DNA of 60,341 nucleotides, counting the filler, from Sphacelaria rigidula (lineage: Eukaryota), in the NCBI GenBank assembly GCA_964200075.2. It is 8 parts of 8 records of this genome, joined end to end, with 100 filler letters (N's around TTAATTAATTAA, not from the genome) between each part and the next. Parts side by side here need not be neighbours in the genome. Positions count along the whole stretch, not along the records: positions 1 to 7,456 come from CAXNAA020014839.1; positions 7,557 to 15,012 come from CAXNAA020014840.1; 6 more parts are not named here. One strand, 5' to 3'. A model generated the notes under the pieces. That model had not been told where the DNA came from and searched no databases. It saw nothing but the letters and a program-made list of their open reading frames with translations. Position numbers and translations under genes: made by a program. Positions 1-13,299 of this stretch are shown here, piece by piece. Every line of letters starts with the position of its first letter. Positions within the stretch are counted from its first letter, which is position 1.

Positions 1-62
<62 letters not shown>
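1..62. repeat. (CA)n microsatellite at contig start
   Basis: Uninterrupted CA dinucleotide run. Confidence 0.99.
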
Positions 63-64
<2 letters not shown>

Positions 65-1901
65 ATCGGAAACGACGCGTGAAACTTGCTACTCGCGTAC
101 ATTGCGGGCAAAAACTGTCGAAAATGTAGAGCCTTTCGATCTCCCTGATTTCAAGCGAGATAATGCGTACGCACGCAAGAGCACGCGCGCGCACACAGAC
201 ACACACTCAAAGACGAAGGACAAAATATGCTCACATGCAGCAGCGTTTCTCGGACCATCTTGACGGTCATCTTGTACGATACCTTATCGGCATCGAGCAG
301 CACGCCACACATACCGCAAGCCAACATCCTCACGGAAAAGCCCCTTCTAGTTATCCCCGTCTCCTCCCCCTCGTCCTGTCCTTCTCGCCGCGATCCGTCC
401 ACGTGGTGAGCAGCGCTCTCTGCCCCTTTTTTTGGTATTTCGGTTAAGCCATGCGTCCAAATAAACTGAGCTCAGGGCAATGCATTGCTGCGCACGCCAC
501 ACTATATCAACTTCTACCTAAAACTACGACAAACACTTGGAAAACGACGCTCACGGAACAAACAGAACACCGAGACATGGCCTACTTCATCGTGTCATTT
601 CATCACACATCTTTGAATCGAGCGATGCGTGCCCAGAAAACTCGCTCTAAAGTGGGTACACAAGATGTTCAACATTGAAGGGTTCGTTCCGTGGTGCATG
701 GTTAGCACCTTCAACATTTGAAAACGACTTTTAAGATGCCCATTTGCCTCAATTTTTCCTCCACATAGATTCGGCCTCGTACGTGAGTGCATATCTTTCT
801 TGTAGTCCCGCACATTCCGTGTTCTGAACACCCCACCCCAGCACACCTTGTCGCATCCCGACGTGCACCCCGCTGTCGTGGCGTACGATGCTTCCATCAT
901 CGTTCGTGTCGGCCGCGGTGGTCGGATTCCCCCCCGCTAGCCTACGCCGAGCGTCCATGAGCGCCTTGCCGGTGAGTCGGAACGGTCGGCGCGGCGTGCA
1001 TCCCAGGAATCTAAACGCTTTTATCTTGTTCGTTGTTGGCGCGGAGAGAGTTAGCGATATTTAAGACGGTGCGTAGACAGGGAGGTCACCCGATGGGGTC
1101 GCGAACATGAAAGAGAAACAGGATAGGACATGGAGTCTATGCTCTGAACTCTACACACGGCTGCCACCGTTGGTGATCGATGATGCGCCTCCTGCATATT
1201 TCGAAGCTACCTCACCGCTCAGCTAGGTAGCGCCCCGATGTTTTCAGTTTCTCTACGCCATGGGATTCAGGGGCGGTTTAAAGCCGAGCATGGGGTTTAT
1301 AGACACCACTCGTGCTCTGGACGTACCGATTGAGGTTCCCCTCTCGTGCTGATGATTTGGGAACCCGCGCGTAGTTGTTCGGGGCGAAGTGGATGAAACG
1401 TGGCCATTGGTGGGATTCGAGACCGCACGTGAAGTCGAGTCTCAGTGGAAATCACTCAACTGTCGATTTCGCGCGGCTACCAGTTTTGCCGAGAAACGGG
1501 GAGTAGGTTCTGAACTTAAATACGGTAAACGTTTCCTCTTTACCACGAACGCCGGGTTTCAATGAAGACACGAAAACAATCGGCCAGGATTATGATTCTC
1601 GATACTCGGGCGGATTTTACAGACCTACCCCATGTATCTGCTGCTGTGGTCCCTGCAAAACGGTAAGAGTGGAATTTGCTTGTTGTTCAAGCCCCGAGAT
1701 ATTGTCATTCCTGATCATGCGTGCTTCAAACCTCGCCTGGGTCACCACACCAACAACCTGGTTCACTAATACCTGAAACGCACGCAAACGCTGTTCAGCT
1801 TCGACTTCATCCGTGAATACTTGTCGAGGCATACTGTCGGAAGATGCGCAGCGCGTATTGCAGCATGGATTGCTTATCTCGAACACAGCCGAGAAAAATA
1901 C

Positions 1902-2222
1902 CTGCAGAAACCACAGTCGACCTCGATCGTCTCTTGTGAAATCACACACCAAAATCCGTAGCCTTTGCTCAAGCACTGTCTCCAAATGATGCATGACCCG
2001 CCCCGCCACCTCCGCCGTTTCTGCGCAAGCCCCCGGTCCGATCTTCGTGATGCAACACGACATTGCCCTCTTGGTCGTTGTAATGAAGCGGGCGATATAG
2101 TTGGGGCTTGCCATGAGCAAAGAATCCTTCGCTTTCACGCCGGGATCGTTTTCACCCTGTCCACCAAACGGCTGCTTGTTGCTTATTATCCACGCGGTTG
2201 GAAGGAGGTTGTGCTCCATCAC
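1902..2222 (-). CDS. Internal exon of an uncharacterised multi-exon gene
   Basis: Acceptor cccccatcAG, donor CAG|GTATTT, 321 nt, phase 0-0. Protein-like translation ends ...HHLETVLEQRLRILVCDFTRDDRGRLWFLQ. An alternative acceptor at 2243 is possible. Confidence 0.6.
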
Positions 2223-4059
2223 CTGATGGGGGTAGTGCACCACTGTTGAAAATTGCACAACTTGCATGATCGACCACGCATGCATCCGGCCGTACCCGGG
2301 AGGTCAAAGTCGTACACCAACGCCCACTTATGGTGCAATTGTTCGGATTCGAATCCCGACTGTGAAGCATTTTCTTGTGGATTCATCGTTCGAAGACATC
2401 AGAACCAGAGGTGGTGAAATGTACTGTAAATGAGGGCCGAGACGTCCGGAATGCTAATAATTAAGTCGTGCGAGACAGTACCGCGAGAGAGATAACCAGG
2501 GCGATCGTGGGCGACTGGATTCATCCCGAGGAAGTACAAAGGCTAACGATACGACGGCAAATTGCGAGTGTGTCGGCTACTGCAGTTGCTTCCCTACGGC
2601 AAGATGCAACGCGATCTGGAAAATAGACGGGATCATGGTACACATGCATATAAACTTTCCGATCGACGTGACCCTCATTTGAGTGAGTGGCTAGACAAGA
2701 ATTTTCATTAAAAGAGTGTAGGTGAGAAATGACACAACTATTGTGGGTGACCACATCTAGGATGCTGTGGCGGTGGCGGGTGAGAAGTAGCGAGAGAGGC
2801 GGTAATTAGCAGCAAACAGCGTTTCAACATGACACGGCGGTACTCGGAGATAAACAGGTAGTATGTTCAACGAGTCTCTTTTTTTTTCTTGAAGGAAGGA
2901 CGAAACCTGATCCGACACTTACCCCGCAAGCGGGTTCGTGTTCCGATTACCCGGAGGCTCGGCCAGACTGCCTCGTGGCAGTCATGTGGGGCAGGTGCCT
3001 CGAGCGTTCGCATGTGGGGTCGGTAGAATACCATATCGACTTGGCGCAGTACACGCGCCGCCATGCTCTTACGAGCTTCGGCCGAGATATATACGTGTCA
3101 CATCATCGGCACACCAAAGACGGGACTTTTTTGCTGTCAAGTGCACCTTGGGAATGCTGCCTTCGTCGCCTTTGCTAACGTGGCCATGCAGGACTGCAGG
3201 GAAAGTGGCGCGAAGCAGCGACTGCTGCGCTGCCGTACAATGGGGTGAAATTTCTCATTATGTTGGTGTGCGATTGAAGCGCCGAATTACTGCACGTTTC
3301 TGTACACTGCAGTAGGAACTGCGACAAAAAGACGCTCTCACGCAGAGGAAGTGTTGCATCCACTTGCTGTGCTTTGTCTGTCCCCAGGACATGGTTACAA
3401 GAGGAAATGGGAGTTCCTATTGTGTGCCCTTGATTGCTTTGTTGGGTGATCGCCTCATGTAAAATGCCCCGCGACTAACCCAGCGTGATCATGCGATAGC
3501 CGTACTCGTAGCAAATGTCCGAAAACAATCGCTACACTAAACCCAAGAAAAAAAATGACAAACAGAAAGAGTGAAGCAACAAAACAAAAGTAGAAATAAA
3601 GATACACTGTGTCACACTGGCAGGCAAATGACGCCGGAATCAAAACGGTCCAGAGTGAAACCCCGACAGGACCCCACCAGGGATACCCGACAGAAGGTCG
3701 TGCAAGAAGCGAGGCCGTGGAAGATAGTTGCGACCCACGCATCCAAAAATTGCATCACTATCGAGTAGGAGTTATGAGGTACTATATCTGAAGAAAGGAG
3801 GAATAATTGGCCCTGCTTCGATGTTGCCAGGGCTACATCACCTGTGAGATTCAAACAAGACGATAGTCGTATATCCATGTAGTGCCTGTTGCTACCAGTT
3901 GGTTTGTTTCCTCTCGCTTCAGACCCCACCCACCCCTCGGGAAAAGTTTGTGGTCTTGAGAGATCAAGCCATCTCTTCTTTGGTCTTAGGAGATCATGAC
4001 CATCAAGATCCCCGCACCGCGTCGGCTCTAGCGAAGTGAATATTTTCCCCTCTTCACTT

Positions 4060-4190
4060 CCTCGCGATGTCAACGGCGGAAATCACATACTTCCAAAACA
4101 AATATCATCTGCATTTGCCGGGCATCGAACCCGCATGTTTTCAACCCGATGGTGTCGTCGTTAGACCAGCGGAGCACGGCGGCTTACCAG
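4060..4190 (-). mobile_element. tRNA-derived SINE-like repeat (family B), decayed
   Basis: Minus-strand A-box-like TGGTCTAACG (4168-4159) and B-box GGTTCGATGCC (4131-4121). Downstream gtatgtgatttccgccg resembles the copy at 52895-53030. Confidence 0.5.
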
Positions 4191-4902
4191 TGCAAGTCGG
4201 TGTTACGCCTGATCTAGATGGAGGGGAGCCTACCAGTTTCCCGCTGGTGCAATTGGTATATATGTTTCGGGAGGCTAAGAAGCATAACCAGAGACCGTTT
4301 CTGAGTTGGGACGGATCAAGATAGCCTAAATCGGAAACACATCACCCAGGCCATCATCTATTTGGGGTCCACAGCGACTGGTTGAACGCGCATTTGACTC
4401 CAAAACGAGAAAGTGAGATCTTTCGGTTAAAAGCATCAGAATGGATGTGCATTATGGAGTTACTATATTGTTTGCTATCAACCACTGTACTTGAGCGTAC
4501 TCCACATATCCCAATTTACCTGGCGCACAATAAACGCGTGTGGGCCCTTGCTCTTGATGAATTTCTGAAGCACAAAAGGCTCGCCGCCGTCTGCTACCGA
4601 GGGTGGCCCATGACCCTCTATAGTAATCGTTGCGCCCATGAGCACCCGCAGGTCCTGTTTTTTTGCAGCAAGAGGCAGATGCAGCTGCTGAGAGAGGTAC
4701 GTCTAATGCAAGCATGGTGATAGTGGGTCAGATCAGCATCAGCTACCGGGGTATGTTGGAAGGAGAGCTCTCGGTCGTGATTCCCAAATGCCGACATTAT
4801 ATGGGCTAAAGCATATTTTCTCCGCTCCAGTTTCGTGTCGGCCGTGTTGATGAGGAGCTAGCCGCATCGGCCATTTGTTGACCGCACATCCAATTATCTC
4901 AC

Positions 4903-5096
4903 TCGGGTGTTAGCAAGCGAAAGGGTGTTTCCATCCGAGTACACAGCGTCTTGATCGTCGCCCGGTCGTAACGTCGTCACCGGCACAGGACAGCTCTGTT
5001 TTCTAACTGCCGTGAGGTCGCCATCATAGCGCACATCGCCTAGCTGTTCGACCGCTTGTCCTGTCTCGAATCGCGCGGTGCAGGTCACGTACCCTT
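4903..5096 (-). CDS. Putative exon of the same contig-1 gene
   Basis: Open frame VTCTARFETGQAVEQLGDVRYDGDLTAVRKQSCP... with plausible AG/GT flanks; boundaries approximate. Confidence 0.3.
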
Positions 5097-6335
5097 TCTA
5101 GTCCAAAACACGACGAACACGGGTTAAGGGATAGAGATTGCAGTAAACAGCAACGGGGTTCCGGTCTCAGAATGCGAGGAGCGTGGTGTATGATCTGAAA
5201 TTTTCGTGCGATGACCATCACCTGGGGGTACTGGAACGAAAAACTTGAGTATACTTTGTGAGTCATTGGATGTGTAGCTCCGCTATCGGACGCAAGGGCA
5301 GCCTTTGCTGCGCACAGAAACACGATCAAACTAATTTGGAATGCAATGAGCATAAACCACATGTAAGTGGTTGTCGATTGAATTAGCTTGGGACGCGCCT
5401 ATCAGATTTAAGGGTTGATTTCTCAGTGCACGTCGCCACCTCGAGCGCTTTTTGTGTGTATGGCACATACCATTGTCGTTCTTCACGCAGCTCATGAATA
5501 CCTTTAGATATGGAGCAAAGCATTCGTGCACTAAAAGTGCAGTTGCAATATGAATGGGCGGCTTTTGAGGGGGGGGACGCCGCCGTCAAAAACCTCTCGT
5601 TTGCGAATCAGCATGTACTGCGAGTGACTGTAAAGGCATTGTCCACTGATGCCACGAGACTCTTTTGGTGTAATACGCGTTTTCTACTTACACTGTTCTA
5701 GTATGGGAGCGCTGTTCTGACATGATAATTGACTCCAGTATATACCTTGTTTTTGACTCCATGCCACAACGCCACTCCGTACGACGCCACCTGCGCTACC
5801 TCCAAAACACTCAACACCTTGGCAATGTTCCGTCTAGTTCGCGCGAACCTTGTCAGTGTAGTACCACTGTGGCTCGTCGTCGACGTTGAACACCAACGTG
5901 TCTGGCATCAGAAGCTTGAGTCGTGGAATTGGATGACACCATGTACGGGCGGATCGAGATTTGTCGCGTCGGGAAGACTGCCTTCGTGTGCTTTGCGCGA
6001 GGAACTAGGGAGAAGACGGGAAGAAGCAGACAACGGGGAAGGGTAGCGGGGGTACTTGCAGTTACTTTACACTCGTGTCGGTCAATACTGTCGCACTGAA
6101 AATACTCAAATAACCGATCTACTTCCACATAGAATGTGTACCAATTGCTCACCGTGGGGGGAGTGTGCCAGCCAACCAAGAGGATGACACACGCAGAAAT
6201 GAACCTACACCCCTCCCCTTGTATCCGTTGCGGGGCATTGGACAACCATGCCATCGATTCCAACACAAGCCTCTGTAGCAATATCCAGGAGGACGTGGAC
6301 GAGGCAACTGTATTCCACAACTGTACGTCACATGC

Positions 6336-6483
6336 CTGGTAAATTTTCTCTCCCACGGAGAAAGTTGGGTTGTAGACGAATCCATGCGGACAGTCCTTCC
6401 CGGTGTACGTACTCTTCTTCACGAGCTCGCGATATCGCTCGGCTTCTCGCAAAGCACTGTCGTGTGCGTTTTTCTGCATCTTC
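6336..6483 (-). CDS. Putative exon of the contig-1 gene with a GC donor
   Basis: tctAG acceptor; translation KMQKNAHDSALREAERYRELVKKSTYTGKDCPHGFVYNPTFSVGEKIYQ; ends CAG|GCATGT. Confidence 0.35.
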
Positions 6484-7231
6484 CTAGACCTTCACTCGGC
6501 GCGTTTCCGAAGTGGTGAACGATCCCGCAGAAAGAAACGAACATGAGGTAAGATAGATACACAGTAACCGGTTCTGTTGCTGTCGTCTGCTGTATAAGCA
6601 ATATCCGTATGTCCAGCTATGAGCACAGCAGTGGCCTTGGAAGCAGGTATGGGTAGCGGAAAACGCAGTAATGACTTGCAGCGACAAAGGCGAAGGAGTC
6701 GTCCCCAAGGCACAGGGCGCGAATACTACGAGTGGTCCTGTGTTTTTAATAAACAGCCGCCTCCCCCAATTTTGTGCCAAAACTGCGTAGCTACACTACA
6801 CGTTTTTACCCCTTTACCCTGAGTTATGGAGTCATTTTGCCGAATTCCTTCAACAGAGTTTTCTCAAAGCCTTAGTGTTCTCCACCCGTCCACCTGAGTC
6901 GGTTTAAGGTACGGTGCACATAAAATGCCTACTTCTTGGTTTAAATTATTTTACCATCTACAGATTAGTTCTTCCGTTGGCACGAGCGATTCCAATAACA
7001 GCACCAGCTATATATTGGTACCTCCATCTTCGCTCTGCAAAGGGTATTGGCAGAGCAATGATGGGAGCACAGAAAACTACAATACCGTACTACTTTTGGT
7101 TCTTCGAGTTGCTCAGTAGTGGATGGGGTCAAAATCACCGGAGTCCCCTTAGACAAGCGTGTTTTACAGATTGACGACGGCCTGAAACGTAGGTGATGCA
7201 CTAATAAGCTACGCGGCGCGCGGAGGAGAGG

Positions 7232-7395
7232 GGGGGGCTACCCATTCGTTGCTTGCCGTAGTCGTTTGACCATTGACCACGCATCCCTTTCGAGACGGAG
7301 CACCCTTGCTACTCCTACTAGAGACACCTTAAACATTCCGTAACTCATTACGTTTCTTCCATACATTACACAAGAACCTTTCACATATCTTATCC
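7232..7395 (+). repeat. Dispersed repeat family C (core tgaccattgaccacgcatccctttcgagacggagcac)
   Basis: Core recurs at 15201-15278 (reverse), 22668-22733, 25225-25270 (partial) and 31916-31991. Confidence 0.9.
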
Positions 7396-7456
7396 CCGTC
7401 CTGTTTCGCCGTCTGTGGCCACGATCACTCCCCTAGTATATCCATCGTCTTTCCCC

Positions 7457-7556
7457 NNNNNNNNNNNNNNNNNNNNNNNNNNNNNNNNNNNNNNNNNNNN
7501 TTAATTAATTAANNNNNNNNNNNNNNNNNNNNNNNNNNNNNNNNNNNNNNNNNNNN
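7457..7556. other. Artificial contig spacer (N44-TTAATTAATTAA-N44), first of seven
   Basis: Identical 100-nt spacers at 7457, 15013, 22568, 30123, 37678, 45233 and 52788; intervening contigs are 7454-7456 bp. Confidence 0.98.
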
Positions 7557-7696
7557 CACGCTTGGATTCGTTCTAGCCAATGTCGCCAATATGAGGGGCT
7601 TCATGCAGCCTAAACCCGAACGTCAGGCGCTCTATGGCCATTATTTTGGTGACACTTTTCGCTGGTTTTGGGGGGGGGCTATCGTAGAAAGTGTCA
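7557..7696. mobile_element. End of a repeated element (family D; terminus GGGGGG-TATCGTAGAAAGTGTCA) truncating the Gypsy pol
   Basis: Alignable by eye with 15366-15508; the same terminal motif occurs at 30262-30284. Confidence 0.7.
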
Positions 7697-7699
7697 CTC

Positions 7700-7830
7700 G
7701 AGGTTGGGTGATCGCTTCGCAAGCTGCAGTAGCAGCGCCAATCGGTTTCATGTGTGTCCATGTTGATTCTCGAATAAATGTTTACGGGCTGCCACTGTCC
7801 AAGAAGGATACGCATTTCGTAGGCGTGGTA
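7700..7830 (-). pseudogene. Retroviral-type aspartic protease remnant
   Basis: Translation TKCVSFLDSGSP*TFIRESTW with an in-frame TAA at 7784-7782. Confidence 0.75.
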
Positions 7831-9317
7831 GCGTTTGGATCGGAATGGATCGCAACGCTAGTAGTGAAGGTGGCCGGATCTACAGACACTTTACCGCCGA
7901 CCAGATCCGGACCGTGTTCCCGCAAGGTAAATTGATCAGGATCAGCGGGGCTGACAGCAAAAACGCACGGCGGGTGATCCGCCGGTGGGTCAGATGCCTC
8001 ACCAGAGAAGGGGGTGGACGGTATATTATTTTCAGGTGTGGTGCAGTCAGAGTGACCATTGGCGATTTAGTAAATGATCGTCTTTGGTTGACAGGGATCA
8101 CCGTCCAAGGGCGATCCAGATTGTGCGGGGCTGGAGTCGTCGATTGAGGAAGTAGTGCCGTCAGAATTATTTGTTTTTATTTTTTTCGGGATACTCGATA
8201 GAGCCGTCGAACTCAAAGTCGTCGCATTTTGGAGAGATCCAGGTCGAGGATTTCCGCTCGAAAGAGGTGTACGTGATGATGCGCCCGCGTCCTTGGGGGC
8301 ATGCTTACGGGGCTTTCTCTTTCGCCGTGACAAAGGTCGGGGAACTTCCAAAACATTTTGGAATGAAACCACAACTGCGTCCAGTTGCGTGGACGGGGTC
8401 AGCATCGGGGCATGACGGAGCGAAACTTGTGGGCTGCTTTCCGTAAGCAAGCTTGGCTGGTGGGTGATAGCCGAAGAGATGTTGGGGCGGTTGTTATTCG
8501 AACCGGCCGAAGGTAGATCCGTGCGTGTTGAAAATCGCGGGGAAGGAGCTCGATCCAACTGATTGGGAATTACATGATCCTATGTGATCAAGTTCAAATC
8601 AGCAACACTTGGGTCAGCTGAAGAAGGCTTACTACTACCTGTGCGTGCGGTCGCTGAGGGAAGCCTTTGCCTCAGGGACTGGCGGTCGATCCTCCCACAC
8701 CTCACTACTTATACTCGACACTGAAGGACCAAGGTCAAATCTGGATGTAGGTCTGAGTCGCGGGGTGACACAGCTGTTACGCGGTGTGTGGAGGGGTGAA
8801 GACGGGGGTCGATGTGAACGGCCGTCAGTTGGGCTCCTGCATAGTGCCGGGGGAGCCGGTCGAACAATCTTAGTCGCGGGCTCTGCGGGCTGTGTTGAAA
8901 ATTGTGTGAAGGTTGGAGACGGGGTCAATTTTAACGGCCGTCAGCTACGCTCCTGGATAATGCCGGGGGAGCGGGGCGAACGATCTCAGTCGCAGGCTCT
9001 GCGGGCTGTGTTGAGAAAGTTTTCGCTCGTGCTGTCGTCGGCGCGGAAGACCGAAGATCGCCGGTGTCGGCACGTCATGGATCTAGGCGATCCGTAGTGA
9101 AGGTACCAGGATTTTTGGTGCTGGGATTCGAGCTTTGTGTTGGTCCCGTCCGCTGGTGTCTATCAGCGGAACGTGTGCTGTCGCGAGAACTTTTATCGTT
9201 CTGGCGAGAGCTTGCATTATTGCTGTTTTGTCGGCGACCGCGATTAGAGCTTTTGTTGCCGCGTTGATTCGAATTGTTACGGTAATTTCGATGAGGTGGG
9301 CGATAGTCGCGCATGCG

Positions 9318-10625
9318 TTAATGCCATCGGCGCCACGCAGGTTCTTCGTCCTGCAATTCAGGGTTCATGAGATCAAAGGCATTGATGCATGGACTACCGC
9401 AGTCGCGCATACTGTGGCCTTGAATACTACAGTTGATGCAACTGTTGGCATGACTGCTGAAGGCATTGCGTCTAGCAGGAGACGAAAGAAGTGGGTTCCA
9501 CAAATGGGGATCATCTGTAATGGGTGCGGTTGTTGAGGTCAAATAAACATCATCCCAAGTTTCCTCGGAAAACGGACAACCATCAAAATTCGCGCTGAAT
9601 GCATCTCTGGTACTCTGAACATGCATAAGTGAACCGGCGACCGAGTCGGGGGTCCATGAAGCGCGAGATTAGCTCGAATCCTTGCCGCGAGACCCTTGGG
9701 CATGAGCGGAGGACCCAACCGTAGGTTGTGAATGCACAGGCGTAGAAGGTTTGCCACGTATGGCGGGCGTTAGATTACCCTCTTGGTGTACAAAAGTAGA
9801 CCACATAACATCGACAGAGTCGTAAGGCACCTCGCGATGCACCGAGACACCCGGAAACAACGACGGCATCAGAGCCGGATACTGTTGGGCAACGCTATTG
9901 CAAACGTAACTCTGACACATTGCATCGCTCGGTCCGTTTTGGCGTCCGACATCCGTAGTACCAGAAACCAAAAGCTTAAATTCGCGGAGATAATCCGCGA
10001 AGGGGACATCCGATGCGACAGCAAAATAACTCAGCCTTTGGATGGCGCTGGCTTGGTCACTTTTGTCAAAATAACCTATCAAACGCCTCTCCAAATCAGA
10101 GAGCAATACTGGGCCTGTCTTCCCCTTGGCACGATCCGGATCCATTTCGGTGAGGAAGCCGTCGAGGATCTGTGTTCAAGAAGCAGCGATGTCGGGAGAG
10201 CGGCGGCTGATGGATCGATGCAACGCTTTATGCAAGGGAGTCTGCCAGCCCTCGACCCAATCGGAATCTTCGAAACGTTGGGTGCCAGTTGCATCCGCCA
10301 AGTGAAGGATGTTACAAAGAGTGCGACGAATGGACGTGATGAGGGCAGAAGTAAACTGTCCTGAATCTTCGTTTTCCGCAGTAGGCATGTTTTTAATGTG
10401 CCAAAGCTTTTTCACATCCATCTTAATATACTGTCTCTGTATTGCAGCTACTCGGGCAGACTCGGCTCTATCGGAAGCTGCTTTTTTACTAGCATTGGAA
10501 CGTTTTTCGTCAGCCATAGCGGTTGCTAAAGCGCGGGCTGCAGTAGAAGACAATGGACGGTCAGGTGTGTTCGTATCAGATAGACCTAAAATGCGGGGCG
10601 AAACATCAGCCAATTTAGGGACCAC
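9318..10625 (-). pseudogene. Gag capsid/nucleocapsid region, frameshifted
   Basis: ORFs 10176-10625, 10079-10294, 9669-10145 (FADYLREFKLLV) and 9318-9626 (CX2CX4HX4C) lie in different frames. Confidence 0.75.
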
Positions 10626-11014
10626 TTACTTTGGTGTCGCCGGACCCGATGGGGAAGGTCTGTACCAGACCGGTTCCAGCCTGTCAGGGAAGATCCGGAA
10701 GAATTACCTCCGGTTTTCTTGCGAGGCGGGCCGCGGGGATTGCGAGCCGGGCGGTTCGGTCCGGAGCCGCCCGAAGAGGATCCTCCACCGCCATGGCGGC
10801 GGCGTGAGCCTCCTCCATCGTTGTCGTCGTCATCCCTCCATTGGTTCTTCTTTTGTCCCCTGCAGTTGGTACTTGCGGGAGTCCACCCATCTTCATCTTG
10901 GTCATCGTCGGCGATGGCGCCGGGACCCGAGTTGTGAGCGGCGCGTAAAAAGATCGGTGACAGCGCGCACGTAACGCTGGTGATCCGGGAAATCGCCGAT
11001 AGTCACCTGGAAGA

Positions 11015-13280
11015 TCAGTTGGCCCAAGGTGAGAGCCGGTACGCCTTCGTCGGGGAAGAACCCCCCTGCTCCACGTAAAGACCAATAACGTGGGGCAAGT
11101 ATTGCGAAATTAAGTTCCAGGCCTGGCGGGAGCAGTGAAGGGGGTTGGTGCTGTGGAACGGCCCGGTATAATCGGCCGCGGAACGAGAAGGCCACACTCG
11201 TTCGTGAGGCGCCAGTTGCAGACCTAGCGTCAGGCGGGTATCGGCCGCCGAGCTAGGTGCACGTGGCGGACGTGTTGGGGCCATCGTGGGGGCGGCAGCG
11301 GCCGCAGCATACGACGTATCGTCGGACTTACGTGGGATCACGTACGTAGACGTGTCGGTCGTTGGCTGACGGGGAGAGCGACCACCGGGCGTGTTGCCGA
11401 TGGACGGCGGAGAGGCCGGATGATTTGTGAGGCGAGCCACCGACGTGGCCGTGTCGTGGGCAGTCCTGCGTACATGATCCTCGAGGTCCTTGACGCGCTT
11501 CTGAGCCGGCAATGCAGCAGTGCGGCCCTCCTGTAGAGCGCGTTGAGTCGTCGAGTTTGTTGTTTGGGCACGTGCAGCCTGACGCTGAAGGTCTTGATGC
11601 TTGGCTGCGTGTTCTTCGGCGAGGACGCGTGCCACAGCGGCGTCGGCAGCCCGTTGTTGCTCCAGAACGTTTGTGGCAAGCGCTGGCGCTTGCGAGGCGT
11701 AATCATCGATGAGTTCCAGTTGTTCCGCACGGGGGCGGTTCCTGAACAGCCTCAACAAAAGGCTGGTAGGGCAATGCACGTCGCCGAGCGGAGGGAGGTC
11801 CTCCACAGACGGGGGCGAGCGCACAGGGGCATCCGCGACCGGGACAGTGGTCGGACTACTATCTTCGTCGGTGTCGACTGCAGACGGGGCGGCAACGGGT
11901 GTTGGGGCCGTGACTGCAGCTGGCGTGGCAGAAGGCGCAGCGGCCAAGGCAGCAGCGGCGGCAGCGGCAGTTGTGGCGGCAGCAGTAGCTGCAGTAACGT
12001 TTATTGTCTCCGCAGTGGTCTTGGCGGCAGCGGCGGTGGTTCTTGAGTTCTCCATTGTTGATAGTTGTCGCTCGAGGTCTGTCAATTGTTGTTGAAGAGA
12101 ACGAATAATCGCAGCATCAGCGCGGGAAGGTGGATCGCGGTCATTGCGGGGCTGTCGGTTTTGCGATGAAATACGGCCAGATCCCTCAGTCGAGGATTCC
12201 AGAGCCGGTGACATGTCCGAAAATATATTTTGGATGTCGTCAGCATGTGCAGTGTTATCATTACGTAAATGACGGCGGCGTGACAGATGCGGAGCAGGAG
12301 GGGTGCACGCAGTTGCATGATCGGTGTTTTACGAGCGCGAGTGAAGGCGCGATGAACTTGATCCGTGCCACAAATCATCCTCGTCAATACGTTCACGGTT
12401 GGCATTCACCGGGCGCTTCGGAGCGCGCGATGAATAGGAACTGTGTCGTGAACTACCGCCATATGCGCGACCATGAGCGACATTCTTCGGGCGTGTGAAA
12501 ATGCGCGATGAATTCAAGCTTTGCTGGGAGTTGTCCTTGGAACTGCCAGTACGGGTGACGTGATCGTGACCAACTGTTGGTGTGCGGCGCCGGTTGGAAG
12601 CGCGAGCAAGACGACGAGGAGGGGCTGGACTCGTGTTCGTTGAATTTTTCATGAGCGACGAACGGAGGACGCGATGTCGCCGATCGTGGCGCCAAACGTA
12701 CGGGTTTGGGCGTGGCAGGTGCAGAATCATCGTTGAATTGCACGTGAGCAGACGCCGATTGGTCTTGGAGCGTGGCCTGGCAAAAAGCCGTACATACCTC
12801 GATGAGAGCTGAGGCTGGCGAGCGCGCCGACGCCGATGAAGTGCGATGCATATTCTGCAGGGCAGAACGCATGGCCGCGACTGCTGGTCCGACATTGGAC
12901 TGCGCAGTAGGGCGCATGGGACTGCCGAGGGCAGGGCGATGGGGGTCCGTAACGAAAGCAGCCCGCGTGACGAAATCTCTAGCTCCAGAAGCGATACGCT
13001 TCGTCGGGACTGAGTCGTCTCGAGAGTTGTCAACCGTCATGCGACGGAGTGCCACGGATGAAGCAATCGTTACAGCGCCAATCTGCACATGTGTGTCCGG
13101 GGGCAACGACTCAGCTGGGGGTACAATCCTGACTTCGGATTCCACATCGGGATTCAGAAGAACAGGCCGCAGCGAGGGGTGTGCTACGGAATCCACTATT
13201 ATGGGTTCACTGACATGTCCGTCAGGAGTTAATGACTCAGCCGATGGCACAAGCCTGTTCTCTGAGTCCGAATCGGTGCG
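11015..13280 (-). pseudogene. Low-complexity, coiled-coil ORF region between PBS and gag core
   Basis: ORFs 12453-13298 and 11015-12214 (Ala/Pro/Thr-rich; IRSLQQQLTDLERQL heptads) on the same strand as gag. Confidence 0.5.
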
Positions 13281-13297
13281 TCCTACCGTCGACACCA
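13281..13297 (-). promoter_or_regulatory. Primer-binding site
   Basis: TGGTGTCGACGGTAGGA begins 2 nt after the LTR-terminal CA and is complementary to a tRNA-like 3' end (...UCCUACCGUCGACACCA). tRNA identity not determined. Confidence 0.8.
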
Positions 13298-13299
13298 AA

